Below are positions 1-8,949 of a stretch of DNA of 28,060 nt, piece after piece. Origin of the DNA: a virus (Duplodnaviria > Caudoviricetes). The DNA lies in the IMG/VR virus record IMGVR_UViG_3300027586_000038, positions 1 to 28,060 of that record; one strand, 5' to 3'. Under the pieces are notes generated by a model. The model saw only the letters and a list, made by a program, of their open reading frames with translations, was not told the DNA's origin and ran no database searches. How positions within the stretch are numbered: position 1 is the first letter of the stretch; every line of letters begins with the position of its first letter. A program made the translations under genes and the position numbers.

Positions 1-1
1 A

Positions 2-784
2 AAAGACATCTTCAGTACAGACAATATCAAAACGCTTGCTGGCGCAGGATTGGGTGCCGCTGGATTGATGTCTCTTTACAATTCTTTTAAGGACAAAGAG
101 ACAAACTCATACAAACCTGCCGCGTACACGCCACCAGCAATTCCCCCGCGCACAACTGACTTTGGCATGGGCCCAGCAAGAACGGTGAATCCTCAAATGG
201 GTGGCTTGCAAACAATGACGCCAAGCCAGCAAGAGAATCTGTACACAAACTTGGGGGTTGCTGGCTACGAGCAAGAACATGAAGACCCTGTCGAGGATCC
301 CGTTGAGGATCCCGCAGTTGCTCAATCTATGGCAGATGGCGGCTATGCCCAACCGCAACAATCTCAATCTACCTCGCCATCTTATTTCACTTATGGCGTG
401 CCACAAGACCCATTAGAGGTGCTTGGCGTGCGCCAGCCCCAAGAGAAAGCTCAAGGCGGTGGATTGCAAATGAGACAAGGTGGCTTGCCCCACCCAACCG
501 CAGGCGTGCCAATAATCCAAGGGCGCCAAGATTACCGCCGAGGCGCGGCAGTCAACGGCGAGGGTGATGGGCAAAGCGACGATATACCCGCTATGCTGGC
601 TGATGGAGAATACGTCTTTGACTCTGATGTTGTTGCCGCACTGGGCAATGGGTCAAACAAAGCTGGCGCAAAAGTGTTAGACAAGTTCCGCGAGTCCATC
701 CGCGCACACAAGCGATCAGCGCCAATTGGCAAAATTCCACCAAAGGCTAAATCGCCCTTGGCTTACCTGAAAGAGGCAAAATAA
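2..784 (+). CDS. Internal virion protein, 5'-truncated, with GxGDGxSDxIPAMLxDGEYV domain
   Basis: Frame is open from position 2 (KDIFSTDNIK...), so the start lies upstream of the window. The C-terminal GEGDGQSDDIPAMLADGEYVF motif is typical of phage virion/tape-measure-type proteins. Carries MADGG and MRQGG motifs. Confidence 0.7.
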   Translation, partial: KDIFSTDNIKTLAGAGLGAAGLMSLYNSFKDKETNSYKPAAYTPPAIPPRTTDFGMGPARTVNPQMGGLQTMTPSQQENLYTNLGVAGYEQEHEDPVEDPVEDPAVAQSMADGGYAQPQQSQSTSPSYFTYGVPQDPLEVLGVRQPQEKAQGGGLQMRQGGLPHPTAGVPIIQGRQDYRRGAAVNGEGDGQSDDIPAMLADGEYVFDSDVVAALGNGSNKAGAKVLDKFRESIRAHKRSAPIGKIPPKAKSPLAYLKEAK

Positions 785-1761
785 TGGCTATGTTTCAAGG
801 CTCCCCCTTAGAAAATATAACGACGGTAAAGTCAACGCAGGATACTGTTCCTCAGTACGTTACCGACTACCAACAAGACATCATAAATCTTGGTAAAAAC
901 GCCGTTCAACAAGGTGGCGTGGCTAATCTGTCGCCGTTGACTCAGCAAGCCATGAACATGGCTCCACAGGTTGCGTTTGCAGGCGCAACCAGCGCTGGCA
1001 CAGGGCAAGATCTTTTGACTCAAGCTGGGTACACAGGGTCAAATCAGATTGTTCAAAATTATATGAATCCATACACGCAAAACGTGGTGGATGAAATGGC
1101 GCGTTTATCAGGCAAAAACCAGCGTGAAAATATTATGCCCGCGCTAGATGCTGGGTCGATTGCAACAGGTAATTTTGGATCAGGGCGCATGGCAAACGTG
1201 CAAGGTCAAACCCTTGCTGATATTCAAGCGGCTTTGACGGGCCAGCAATATGGCGCACTAAGCAAAGGTTACACAGATGCTATGAGTGCGGCGTCAAATG
1301 ACCTAAATCGTGGCGTGCAAGCTGGCTCAGCGTTAAACAACACAGCGCAAATTCAAAATGCAATTGGCACAAGTGGGTTGAAGTCAATGGCTGATTTGGG
1401 CGGGCTTGCGCAAACAAACGAGCAGGCTAAGTTGGACTACCCAATGGCGCAAGCGTCAAAGTTCTCGCAGTTGATGGCAAACCAAGACGTTCCTAAAGGG
1501 CAGACTGGGGCAACCACCGCCCCGGGTTCTCAGGGCCAGTACGGCATGAGCGGTTTGCAAGAAATGATTGCTTTGTACGCCCTTTATCAAGCAATCAATG
1601 ATCCAACCACCAAGCCCTCTGAACTGTCAGGACTCATTAGCACGCCCAAGGCGGCAGAGGGTGGTTCAATTACTTCAACGGGTTCACAAGTTCCCGAGGG
1701 TGCTGTTTTTTATGATGAAGACGGCAATTTTTATGACGCCGAAGGCAACAAGATAGGATAA
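784..1761 (+). CDS. Putative internal virion/DNA ejection protein
   Basis: Q/A/G/N-rich, contains a YMNPY motif, TAATG-coupled to the previous gene, and lies in a block ending with a transglycosylase protein. Confidence 0.6.
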   Translation: MAMFQGSPLENITTVKSTQDTVPQYVTDYQQDIINLGKNAVQQGGVANLSPLTQQAMNMAPQVAFAGATSAGTGQDLLTQAGYTGSNQIVQNYMNPYTQNVVDEMARLSGKNQRENIMPALDAGSIATGNFGSGRMANVQGQTLADIQAALTGQQYGALSKGYTDAMSAASNDLNRGVQAGSALNNTAQIQNAIGTSGLKSMADLGGLAQTNEQAKLDYPMAQASKFSQLMANQDVPKGQTGATTAPGSQGQYGMSGLQEMIALYALYQAINDPTTKPSELSGLISTPKAAEGGSITSTGSQVPEGAVFYDEDGNFYDAEGNKIG

Positions 1762-1765
1762 AAAA

Positions 1766-3553
1766 ATGGCAGTCGTACCCGACCAATTGCAAGCTCCTCA
1801 AGGTGGTTTAAGCCAAGTTGCGCCACCTGCGCAAGCAAGCACGCCTATAAACCCTACCAAGGCGGCCATGGATGCCCGAATTGGTGAGGAAGAAACGCCT
1901 GAAGATCCCATAGAAAAAGCAACGCGGAAAATGGCGGTGGACAGAGAAGTTCTCACTGCACAGATTGACAAGCTGTCTAAATCGTTAAGTGCACGCCAAA
2001 ACCTACCGTTCAACCCCATGTATTTGGAAATAGCAAGAGCCGCCGCAAAGCCTGCGTCTACGGGTAGCGCAATTGAAGCTCTTGGCAATATTGGTGGCGC
2101 TTATGGTGATGCGTACCTAAAAGAAAACCAACGCCAAATAGACATTGAAAAAGATCAGGTTGATTTGCTCAAGCAAAAGCAAGCATTGAATCAAATGGGT
2201 CTTGAGCAAGAGATAAGAGCCAACTACTTTAAAGACCCAAACGCCAAAAAGATGCCAGCAGGAGCCCCCGCAGGAGCCCCCGCAGGAGCCGCAGAAGCCG
2301 CACCATCTGCGCCAACAACGACTGGAGGTGTGCAAACTATTGAGCCGCCGCCCGGCTTTGTTCAACCAAATCAAATGCGCCGCGTAACTGATAGGGACAT
2401 TGCTATGTTGCAAGGCTCATTTCCCAAATTTGCTGAAGAACTAAAGGGCTTATCTACTCTCCAACAAAAAGCTCAAGTGGTCAGCACCGAGGGCATTTGG
2501 GACACCATGTCAAACAGATGGGTGGTGAAATTCCAATCCAGTATTGAGCGCCCCATGCGCGTAATTGGCAATGTGAAAATGACCAAGGATCAGTCTGATA
2601 AATACGATCAGTTGGAGAGAAGCTTACAGGGCAAATCCGAACAAGAAAAAAATGATGCCGTTGCTAATTTTGCGGCTGATGCTGGTCTTGGTGGCGTGCG
2701 CAGAGCCGCTGATGGAAAAATTACAGGGTTCCAAGGGGCGGCAGAAAAAGAGCTTTCCCAAGAAGAAGCCAAACAAAGAATGAAGGACAGGGTAGAGGCA
2801 GATAAAGTAAGTTCTGAAAAAATCTTTACCGATGGAACGCGGGCTCAGGCTACCAAACAAGCCGCGCAGATCTTGTACAAGCTGTCTACGGATCCTGAAA
2901 GAAAAGGAGCTTTTGGCGTTTTGAACAAACCCGGCGTCTTAAACGCAATAGCCGTTGCAGTTGCTCAATTTTTGGATAAGGGATCTTTTGGCACCGCAGG
3001 CTTGGAACAAGCTGTACGCACCGCTGGAGGCACCGAAAAGGAAATAGAAGCCGCCTCCTATGTTGCGTCAGTGCAGGGTCACTTGCAACTTATGGCGGCT
3101 CAAGACTTTCTAAAAGGTCAAGGCGCTGTTTCTGATGCTGAGCGCCGCTTGATAGCCAACCTTGTTGGATCCCTATCAGACACGCCAAGATCTGTGGCTA
3201 TGAAGGCCAAGGTAGTAGAAGCGCGTGCCAATTTTGATCAACTTGTTGCGGACGCCTTTTACGAATGGAGAAATAAAACTGGAAATTCAACAAGGACAGT
3301 ACAAGATTTTTATCGTGAAAAAGACGGTGAATACAAAACATTGTTTAAAGAATACGACGAGCACATGAGCGGTTTGTACTCGCACTATTTTGGGGGGTCA
3401 AGCAAGCCAGCGGCAAACGCCCCTCCTGCTCCTGCGCCTGCTCCTGCGGTACCCTCTAAAGCACCCACAACGCAAGACCAAACACCAAAAGCACCTCGTC
3501 CAGTTGGCCCCCTTGAACAGCGCCTTAGAGACAAAAAGAAAGCAGGCTCCTAA
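1766..3553 (+). CDS. Putative DNA ejection/injection protein
   Basis: 595 aa, helical, Pro/Ala linkers, GQGAVSDAERR motif seen in podovirus injection proteins; position in the module. Confidence 0.55.
   Translation: MAVVPDQLQAPQGGLSQVAPPAQASTPINPTKAAMDARIGEEETPEDPIEKATRKMAVDREVLTAQIDKLSKSLSARQNLPFNPMYLEIARAAAKPASTGSAIEALGNIGGAYGDAYLKENQRQIDIEKDQVDLLKQKQALNQMGLEQEIRANYFKDPNAKKMPAGAPAGAPAGAAEAAPSAPTTTGGVQTIEPPPGFVQPNQMRRVTDRDIAMLQGSFPKFAEELKGLSTLQQKAQVVSTEGIWDTMSNRWVVKFQSSIERPMRVIGNVKMTKDQSDKYDQLERSLQGKSEQEKNDAVANFAADAGLGGVRRAADGKITGFQGAAEKELSQEEAKQRMKDRVEADKVSSEKIFTDGTRAQATKQAAQILYKLSTDPERKGAFGVLNKPGVLNAIAVAVAQFLDKGSFGTAGLEQAVRTAGGTEKEIEAASYVASVQGHLQLMAAQDFLKGQGAVSDAERRLIANLVGSLSDTPRSVAMKAKVVEARANFDQLVADAFYEWRNKTGNSTRTVQDFYREKDGEYKTLFKEYDEHMSGLYSHYFGGSSKPAANAPPAPAPAPAVPSKAPTTQDQTPKAPRPVGPLEQRLRDKKKAGS
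2258..2290 (+). repeat. 12-bp tandem repeat GCAGGAGCCCCC (about 2.75 copies) encoding an AGAP linker
   Basis: Read directly in the sequence. Confidence 0.85.
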
Positions 3554-5424
3554 TGGACTTTGCCAAGCTATCCGCAGATCAAAAACAATATGCTCTTGCC
3601 ATTGCTGACAAGGCAAGGGAGATGGGCGTTGACCCTGAACTGGCACTTGCTGTTGCTTTCAACGAAAGTAAATTTGACCCCAAGGCTATTGGTGATCCAA
3701 TAAAAGGGGATCCAAACCGCCGAGCAATTGGCTTGATGCAGATAGACCCTGTGAACGTCAAGGGTCTCAAAATGACACTTGAGGATTTAAATGATCCTGA
3801 CAAAAATATTGCGGCAGGCATACAGATTCTTAGGGAAAACTTAGACAGGTACAAAGGGAACACACGCGCCGCTTTAGTTGCCTATCAATCAAGTCTTGAT
3901 TATGCAAAAAAATACTTGGCGTCCAACGAAGACTTTGATGTATTGCCAGCCGCAACGCGCAAGTACCTTGAGGACATTGATGCAATGCACAATACAGACG
4001 CGGTGGGTTATCTAAACAAGGATGACCTAAAGCCTGTAGCAAGCAAGGCGGGCCCAAGCAAGTTTGGAGACCTACCTCCACTTGAGGAAAGCCAAGCACC
4101 CATTGTGGACGTCACTCAATCACAAGAACCTCCTCCAAAGTTTGGGCACTATGATGAAAACAAAATTGTGGAGCAAGAAGAGGCGGCAAAAACTGCCCCA
4201 CCGCCTGAGCCAACGATGTATGACCGCGCCAACAAAACGCTTACTGACGTTTACAACGCCGCCGACAAAAATCGTGAATTAACTGGAGCCGTTGCCGCAA
4301 GTGGCACGGCAGGTTTGTTGCTAGGAAAGTACGGCAAAGATACGCTGGACAAGCAAACTGAAGTTCTTGATCAAGCCAAACGTAATTCGTTGTTGGCTGA
4401 AAAAAGCCGCGAGGTTGGCAACAGAATTAACTCAGGATTTACAGGCGAGTCCTCGCAGGCGTTGGATGAGCTTGATGAGGTGCTTGCCCAGCGCAAACAA
4501 AACTTACTTGTACGCGAAGAGGAGCTTCGCAAGCTACAGGCCCAATTGGCAGATAAAGCGCCGCCTGACTTTAAGGGTGCCCAAAAATATACAGACACTT
4601 TGGGTGGCGAGGATGTGCCCTTTGAGCAAAAGAAGGGGGCTGAAAATTTTCGGGGCGATAACACCAAGGGCGGGCAAAACATCATTAACCAAAACAGCGC
4701 CAACAAACGGCGACTTGAAAAAATTGGGTTGTCTAACTATAGCTTGACCGAACCCGCACCGGGGCAACTCGCAGTCCCCGACGACATAGCCAAAGAACGC
4801 AACGCCAAGCTACTTGCTGAGCAACAAGCCCAAAACAAAGCCGCCTTGGATGCCCAGCAAAAAGCAGAGATTGCCCGTAAGGAGCTAGAAGAAACTCAAC
4901 GTGCACGCGACCAAGCCGCTAAAGCTCACGCAAGGGCTATGCAAGCCTCAGGCAAAAGCGCCGCTGAATTGGGCGGGGACGTTGAGATAGCTAAGGCAAT
5001 GGAAGCTGATGCGGCAAAACGTGCACCCACAGGGTTGGGCAAGGCAGGCGTGTTTGCTGGCAAGGTGGCTGGCAAGACCATAGGGGCGCTTGCGGGTATC
5101 TCGGTGCCGCTTGCCGCGGATGAGGCGGCTAAGAGATTTAATAGTGGGGACACGGTTGGGGGGATTCTTTCAGCCGCTGAGGCGGTGACAGCGGTGATGG
5201 CTATGTTGCCCCCCGGTACGCCCCTCACAGCCGCCCTAAAAGCCGCTGGCATTGGTGGCGGTCTTGCCATCGCCGTCATTGATCACTTCCGAAACAAGGG
5301 CGGCAAGCCTGCTAAGCCAGCGCCTAAGCCAGCGCCAAAACCACCATCAGGCGGCCTGACCCAGTACAAAGAAAGAAAGCCCAACGGCATCTACAAAGAC
5401 GCCTATGGGCGGTATCATGGGTGA
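3553..5424 (+). CDS. Virion protein with N-terminal soluble lytic transglycosylase (SLT) domain
   Basis: SLT motifs AVAFNES (catalytic E), AIGLMQI, DPDKNIAAG and ALVAY, followed by a coiled-coil and a hydrophobic G/A-rich C-terminus. Confidence 0.85.
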   Translation: MDFAKLSADQKQYALAIADKAREMGVDPELALAVAFNESKFDPKAIGDPIKGDPNRRAIGLMQIDPVNVKGLKMTLEDLNDPDKNIAAGIQILRENLDRYKGNTRAALVAYQSSLDYAKKYLASNEDFDVLPAATRKYLEDIDAMHNTDAVGYLNKDDLKPVASKAGPSKFGDLPPLEESQAPIVDVTQSQEPPPKFGHYDENKIVEQEEAAKTAPPPEPTMYDRANKTLTDVYNAADKNRELTGAVAASGTAGLLLGKYGKDTLDKQTEVLDQAKRNSLLAEKSREVGNRINSGFTGESSQALDELDEVLAQRKQNLLVREEELRKLQAQLADKAPPDFKGAQKYTDTLGGEDVPFEQKKGAENFRGDNTKGGQNIINQNSANKRRLEKIGLSNYSLTEPAPGQLAVPDDIAKERNAKLLAEQQAQNKAALDAQQKAEIARKELEETQRARDQAAKAHARAMQASGKSAAELGGDVEIAKAMEADAAKRAPTGLGKAGVFAGKVAGKTIGALAGISVPLAADEAAKRFNSGDTVGGILSAAEAVTAVMAMLPPGTPLTAALKAAGIGGGLAIAVIDHFRNKGGKPAKPAPKPAPKPPSGGLTQYKERKPNGIYKDAYGRYHG

Positions 5425-5443
5425 AGCAGTTGCCTGCTCCTTT

Positions 5444-5468
5444 GCCCCACTTCGGTGGGGCTTTTTTT
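5444..5468 (+). terminator. Rho-independent terminator
   Basis: GCCCCAC-TTCG-GTGGGGC followed by T7, between convergent operons. Confidence 0.9.
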
Positions 5469-5706
5469 AGCTATATTTTTTTAACTTTTCGTCAGCCCAT
5501 TGACTCAGTTGAGCGCCAACATTCTCGTTGAGACTTGAAACAAACGAAATTGCCTCGCGGTATGCCCGCTCAGTCTTTTCGTACGCCACCGCCTTTTCGA
5601 CGTTCTCTGCAAACTGGATGTAGTCAATGTCAACGGCTAACACCGCGCCTACACGCGGGTGACCGCTGTGAAAAAATATCTCTCTGATTTTGCTTTCGGT
5701 CAGCAT
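5467..5706 (-). CDS. Hypothetical protein, 79 aa
   Basis: Last ORF of the leftward operon, GAGG upstream. Confidence 0.6.
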   Translation of the reverse strand: MLTESKIREIFFHSGHPRVGAVLAVDIDYIQFAENVEKAVAYEKTERAYREAISFVSSLNENVGAQLSQWADEKLKKYS

Positions 5707-5713
5707 GTAACCC

Positions 5714-6490
5714 TCACTTGTGTTTGTTTTTCAATTGCCAAAATTGGAGCAGGTGCATGAACATGTCCCACCCGCGCTCTAAATCCTCTTGTGACCACTC
5801 CTTGACCACCACCAAGCCCTTGACACTGCGACTGACAAATACATTGGCACAGCGGGCGTTGTGGAGCCCCAAACCAATTCTGTACGCCGCTAACTGCATC
5901 AGGTGTTCGTCATAGCCTTCGACCTTTGCTGGGTCAAAGAACTCTTTAGTTTTGATATCTATGACAACACCGCCGTCTGCTGTTGAGTGCAAGTCACATT
6001 TGCCGCCAAACCCGTGCTCATTGGCAAACGACTTTTCAGCTACCCAAGACTGAAAACCAAATGCCTCATTTATTCGGTGATCAGCCCCAACAACGTGCTC
6101 GACGTGCTGAGTAGCTGTAGCAGGCGTGCCCTCGTAGAAGGATTGGATTGACGTGTGGATGTTTGTGCCAGCATCAGCCGCTGAGCGCCCCTGCTCCTTA
6201 CTGTCATCAATGATCCTCGCTATGTAGTCGTCCTCAGGCTCGTTATCGCGCCGTGGCAGGGTCAGAGCGGCAAGCAAGACCTGCTTCTGTAGCCATATGG
6301 TCAAGGCAGGCTTAGCGGCTACATTGAGCACCGTGGTGACGCTGGGCACCAAGCTGAGCTTGCGGGCATCTCTCAGGGTTGTATTACGTTGCCCGCCCTT
6401 GGCGGCTTCAACGGTGTACATGGGCGCACCCTCGCGGGTGTACCAATGGTTTGATTCGCTGGCGCGTGGTTCTTTTGCTTCAATTGACAT
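5714..6490 (-). CDS. PD-(D/E)XK (RecB/Cas4-like) exonuclease
   Basis: PSVTT, GTNIH, GGKCDL, VIDIKT and QLAAY motifs. Confidence 0.85.
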   Translation of the reverse strand: MSIEAKEPRASESNHWYTREGAPMYTVEAAKGGQRNTTLRDARKLSLVPSVTTVLNVAAKPALTIWLQKQVLLAALTLPRRDNEPEDDYIARIIDDSKEQGRSAADAGTNIHTSIQSFYEGTPATATQHVEHVVGADHRINEAFGFQSWVAEKSFANEHGFGGKCDLHSTADGGVVIDIKTKEFFDPAKVEGYDEHLMQLAAYRIGLGLHNARCANVFVSRSVKGLVVVKEWSQEDLERGWDMFMHLLQFWQLKNKHK

Positions 6491-6749
6491 GTTTTTCCTT
6501 ACGGCCTCGTTTTAAAGATGGTTCGCCATTTTTCTTGTAACCGTATGGCGCAGGTGAGGAAGACTCTGTTTCTGCCCTGTTAATAAAATGAAGACCAATT
6601 TCTAAAATGATTTCATCTATTTTGTCTACGCTCCACATAGCGCCACTGTGTTTTTCGTAAGCTGGCTCTAGCCCAATGCTTTTTAAAAAAGCAATCGGCA
6701 ATTGCAAGCCAACTATTGTGCTTAACCTTGATGTTGATATGGTGTTCAT
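6480..6749 (-). CDS. Hypothetical protein, possibly DNA-binding (basic C-terminal KRGRK)
   Basis: AGGAG RBS, overlaps the next gene, APYGYKKNGEPSLKRGRK tail. Confidence 0.6.
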   Translation of the reverse strand: MNTISTSRLSTIVGLQLPIAFLKSIGLEPAYEKHSGAMWSVDKIDEIILEIGLHFINRAETESSSPAPYGYKKNGEPSLKRGRKEKHVN

Positions 6750-6757
6750 GTCTGCTC

Positions 6758-7243
6758 CTAAAAAAGTTTACCTTGCGAAGGTGGAAAATATTCATTCATC
6801 AATTGCTCGTAGTCAAAATACTCTTTAAAGCATTCTGAAATATGAACTAAATTTTGGCTGACGACTTCAACATCGCCTTTGTAGGTATAAACTTTTTCAG
6901 GTATTTTTTGTACACCATGAACAAAGTCCACGCCCAATTTTGTGGCTTTCCACATGCCCGAATGCTTGTTTTTAGGGTCATCGTTGCCCCGCCTTACAAC
7001 CAACTCCCACCACCTAAGGGTAGCTAATTGATTAGATCTAACAAGCCATCGAGGGGCATTTGTAGGAACATCAACCCAACCATTTTCGTCTTTACCTGCT
7101 TGGCACAACCACATTAAAGAATGAGCCATGGTTTTGTTGATATTCCTTGCGTAGATCCTGCCCCACCTGTCGCAAACAGGGCAGTAACCACCATCATGCT
7201 CAATGGTGGCTCTCCAACTTTTTCGAAGTTGATCCCTGTCCAT
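6758..7243 (-). CDS. Hypothetical protein with CxxC and a C-terminal QGKLF motif
   Basis: CPVC, probable winged-helix-like core, fits the operon packing. Confidence 0.7.
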   Translation of the reverse strand: MDRDQLRKSWRATIEHDGGYCPVCDRWGRIYARNINKTMAHSLMWLCQAGKDENGWVDVPTNAPRWLVRSNQLATLRWWELVVRRGNDDPKNKHSGMWKATKLGVDFVHGVQKIPEKVYTYKGDVEVVSQNLVHISECFKEYFDYEQLMNEYFPPSQGKLF

Positions 7244-7245
7244 GG

Positions 7246-7890
7246 TCAGAACGGTATATCGTCAACCATGTCATCAAAGCCCGAACCACCGCTAGGCGCT
7301 GACGCACCGCCGCGTTTGATAGCCGCCTGCCACTCAGGAGACTTTTCAATCTTGGCTTTGGTGCTTTTACCAAACGTATCAAACAAATCCATGTCGGGGT
7401 TTGAAATAGAGAACATCCCAATCTTGTTAAAACCAAGGGGCACGGTGTCTTTCAACACCTTGGGCACAGGATTGATATTTTTGATGTTGGTGTACTGCTT
7501 ACCGTCCTGCCCAGTCTCTTTGGAAATGGCAAGCATTGCCCATACGCCAAGCAACTTCTCGATGTTAAAACCTTGAAGCTCTTCGGGGGTAAATGCACGC
7601 CCACGCCAAGCTTCCAAGTCAGCACGTAAGGTGGCTTTTTCGCCAAGGCTCAGCGTAAAGTTCTTGCTGATGGACATGGGCTCACCCTTGTCGGTGACCA
7701 ACGGTTTGCCTGAATCATCCTCGCCATGCACCTCAAACTGAAGCATGACTTTGTGTTGAAACTTGGTGTCGCCCTTGTAAGTAACCTCTTGGGTGCCAAG
7801 ATCAACAATTCGGTAGCACCGCGCTAGGTGCATACCTGCGGGTACTGGGGTAAAGCTACCACCACCGCTATCAGACGCTATAAGACTCAT
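7246..7890 (-). CDS. Phage single-stranded DNA-binding protein-like
   Basis: FTPVPAGMHLARCYRIVDLGTQ N-terminus, Gly-rich linker and acidic DDMVDDIPF tail. Confidence 0.75.
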   Translation of the reverse strand: MSLIASDSGGGSFTPVPAGMHLARCYRIVDLGTQEVTYKGDTKFQHKVMLQFEVHGEDDSGKPLVTDKGEPMSISKNFTLSLGEKATLRADLEAWRGRAFTPEELQGFNIEKLLGVWAMLAISKETGQDGKQYTNIKNINPVPKVLKDTVPLGFNKIGMFSISNPDMDLFDTFGKSTKAKIEKSPEWQAAIKRGGASAPSGGSGFDDMVDDIPF

Positions 7891-8062
7891 GTTCGTTCCT
7901 TTTTAAGTTTTCCAAAAATTGACTCTTGGGCATGCCACATTCTGCGCGGATCAAAACCCAATCGTCAGGGGTAGCGGCGCCAGCCTCAGCCTTTTGCAAA
8001 GCCTCCTCTAGCACACGCATTCTGTCTACAAAAAGTTCTATTACTTCGTTGTCGTCAATCAT
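7871..8062 (-). CDS. Hypothetical protein, 63 aa
   Basis: Overlaps both neighbours in the leftward operon. Confidence 0.6.
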   Translation of the reverse strand: MIDDNEVIELFVDRMRVLEEALQKAEAGAATPDDWVLIRAECGMPKSQFLENLKRNEHESYSV

Positions 8063-8225
8063 AAAAATACATCCAGTTCGCTATATGTTCAGCAATAAAA
8101 ACAGCCACAAGCACCAGCGCAAGAAGGATTGCGCCAAACACAAAATCACCAATTCCAAAAGCTTCTTTGTCTTTTTTCAATAACGCTTTTTGCAGTTTGT
8201 CTTCGTCATCTTGATCTTTGTCCAT
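8055..8225 (-). CDS. Small single-pass membrane protein, 56 aa (absent from the ORF track)
   Basis: Hand translation MDKDQDDEDKLQKALLKKDKEAFGIGDFVFGAILLALVLVAVFIAEHIANWMYFYD; stop overlaps the next start. Confidence 0.7.
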   Translation of the reverse strand: MDKDQDDEDKLQKALLKKDKEAFGIGDFVFGAILLALVLVAVFIAEHIANWMYFYD

Positions 8226-8338
8226 GATTCGCTTTCGTTAAATGTTTCTAACCTTACCACGTTTAACGTGTCGATACACAAAACGGTTGACACGTTCCAA
8301 ATTAGTGTAACATCAAAGAATATAACAAGGAAACCAAA
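8226..8338. promoter_or_regulatory. Divergent promoter/operator region
   Basis: TTGACA at 8287-8292 (+), extended -10 TGTTACACT at 8312-8304 (-), palindrome CACGTT-T-AACGTG and near-palindrome GTGTCGATACAC. Confidence 0.65.
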
Positions 8339-8551
8339 ATGACGCTACAAGAATATTTTAAAGACAAGCCGCGAGGTGCGCAGTCATTGCTGGCAAAGCA
8401 ACTCGGTATCAGTAGAACGTGGTTGTCACTCATCCTCACAGGTAAACGCCAACCATCACCACGCTTAGCTATGGAGATCGAGCGACACACCTTACGCAGT
8501 GTTAAACGCGTTGATTTGCTCCCTGAACTTTTTAGCAAGGCTGTCAAATGA
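8339..8551 (+). CDS. cro: Cro/YdaS-like helix-turn-helix regulator
   Basis: QSLLAKQLGISRTWLSLILTGKRQPSP HTH, V-x-R-x-D-L-x-P-E tail, first gene of the rightward operon. Confidence 0.85.
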   Translation: MTLQEYFKDKPRGAQSLLAKQLGISRTWLSLILTGKRQPSPRLAMEIERHTLRSVKRVDLLPELFSKAVK

Positions 8552-8880
8552 ACTGGTACAAATTTAACATTGTTGAATTTTACGAAAAGTTGGGTGACCT
8601 TACCGTGCTAGAGGAACTTGTGTATCGGAGGTTAATTGACTTGTATTACCTCAACGAAGAGCCCTTGCCAAACAACCTTTTGGAACTTATAGATGCCGTG
8701 GACATGGGCGACGAACATACAGTTGAGCGCGTATTGGAATCGTTTTTTCTGCTTGGCAAAGAAGATGACTGTTGGCACGACGAAGCCATTGATCGTGACT
8801 TGATGAACCGTAAGCATCAAGTATCTATGAACCGACAGATCGGCCAAAAGGGTGGTCGTCCTAAGTCAACCAAGGCGTAG
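8548..8880 (+). CDS. DUF1376/YdaU-family protein, short stand-alone paralog
   Basis: MNWYKFNI...LEELVYRRLIDLYYLNEEPLP...GQKGGRP. Confidence 0.8.
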   Translation: MNWYKFNIVEFYEKLGDLTVLEELVYRRLIDLYYLNEEPLPNNLLELIDAVDMGDEHTVERVLESFFLLGKEDDCWHDEAIDRDLMNRKHQVSMNRQIGQKGGRPKSTKA

Positions 8881-8944
8881 TGTTAAACGTTATGGTACGA
8901 TCCTGTCACAATTTCTTTTTGTAACGATGACCAACAGCGCGAGG
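8865..8944 (+). promoter_or_regulatory. Promoter-like element (GTCAACC-N17-GTTATGGTACGAT, then CAACAGCG)
   Basis: Same boxes and 17-nt spacing as the elements at 14524 and 16087. Confidence 0.55.
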
Positions 8945-8949
8945 TTTCT

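Noticed and set aside
5305-5346. KPAP, AGAP (2258-2290) and EDPV (about 281-312) short tandem repeats
   Set aside because: In-frame low-complexity linkers, not arrays or contingency loci
5714-6490. Cas4/CRISPR association
   Set aside because: No array or other cas genes and no four-Cys Fe-S pattern; an ordinary phage PD-(D/E)XK nuclease
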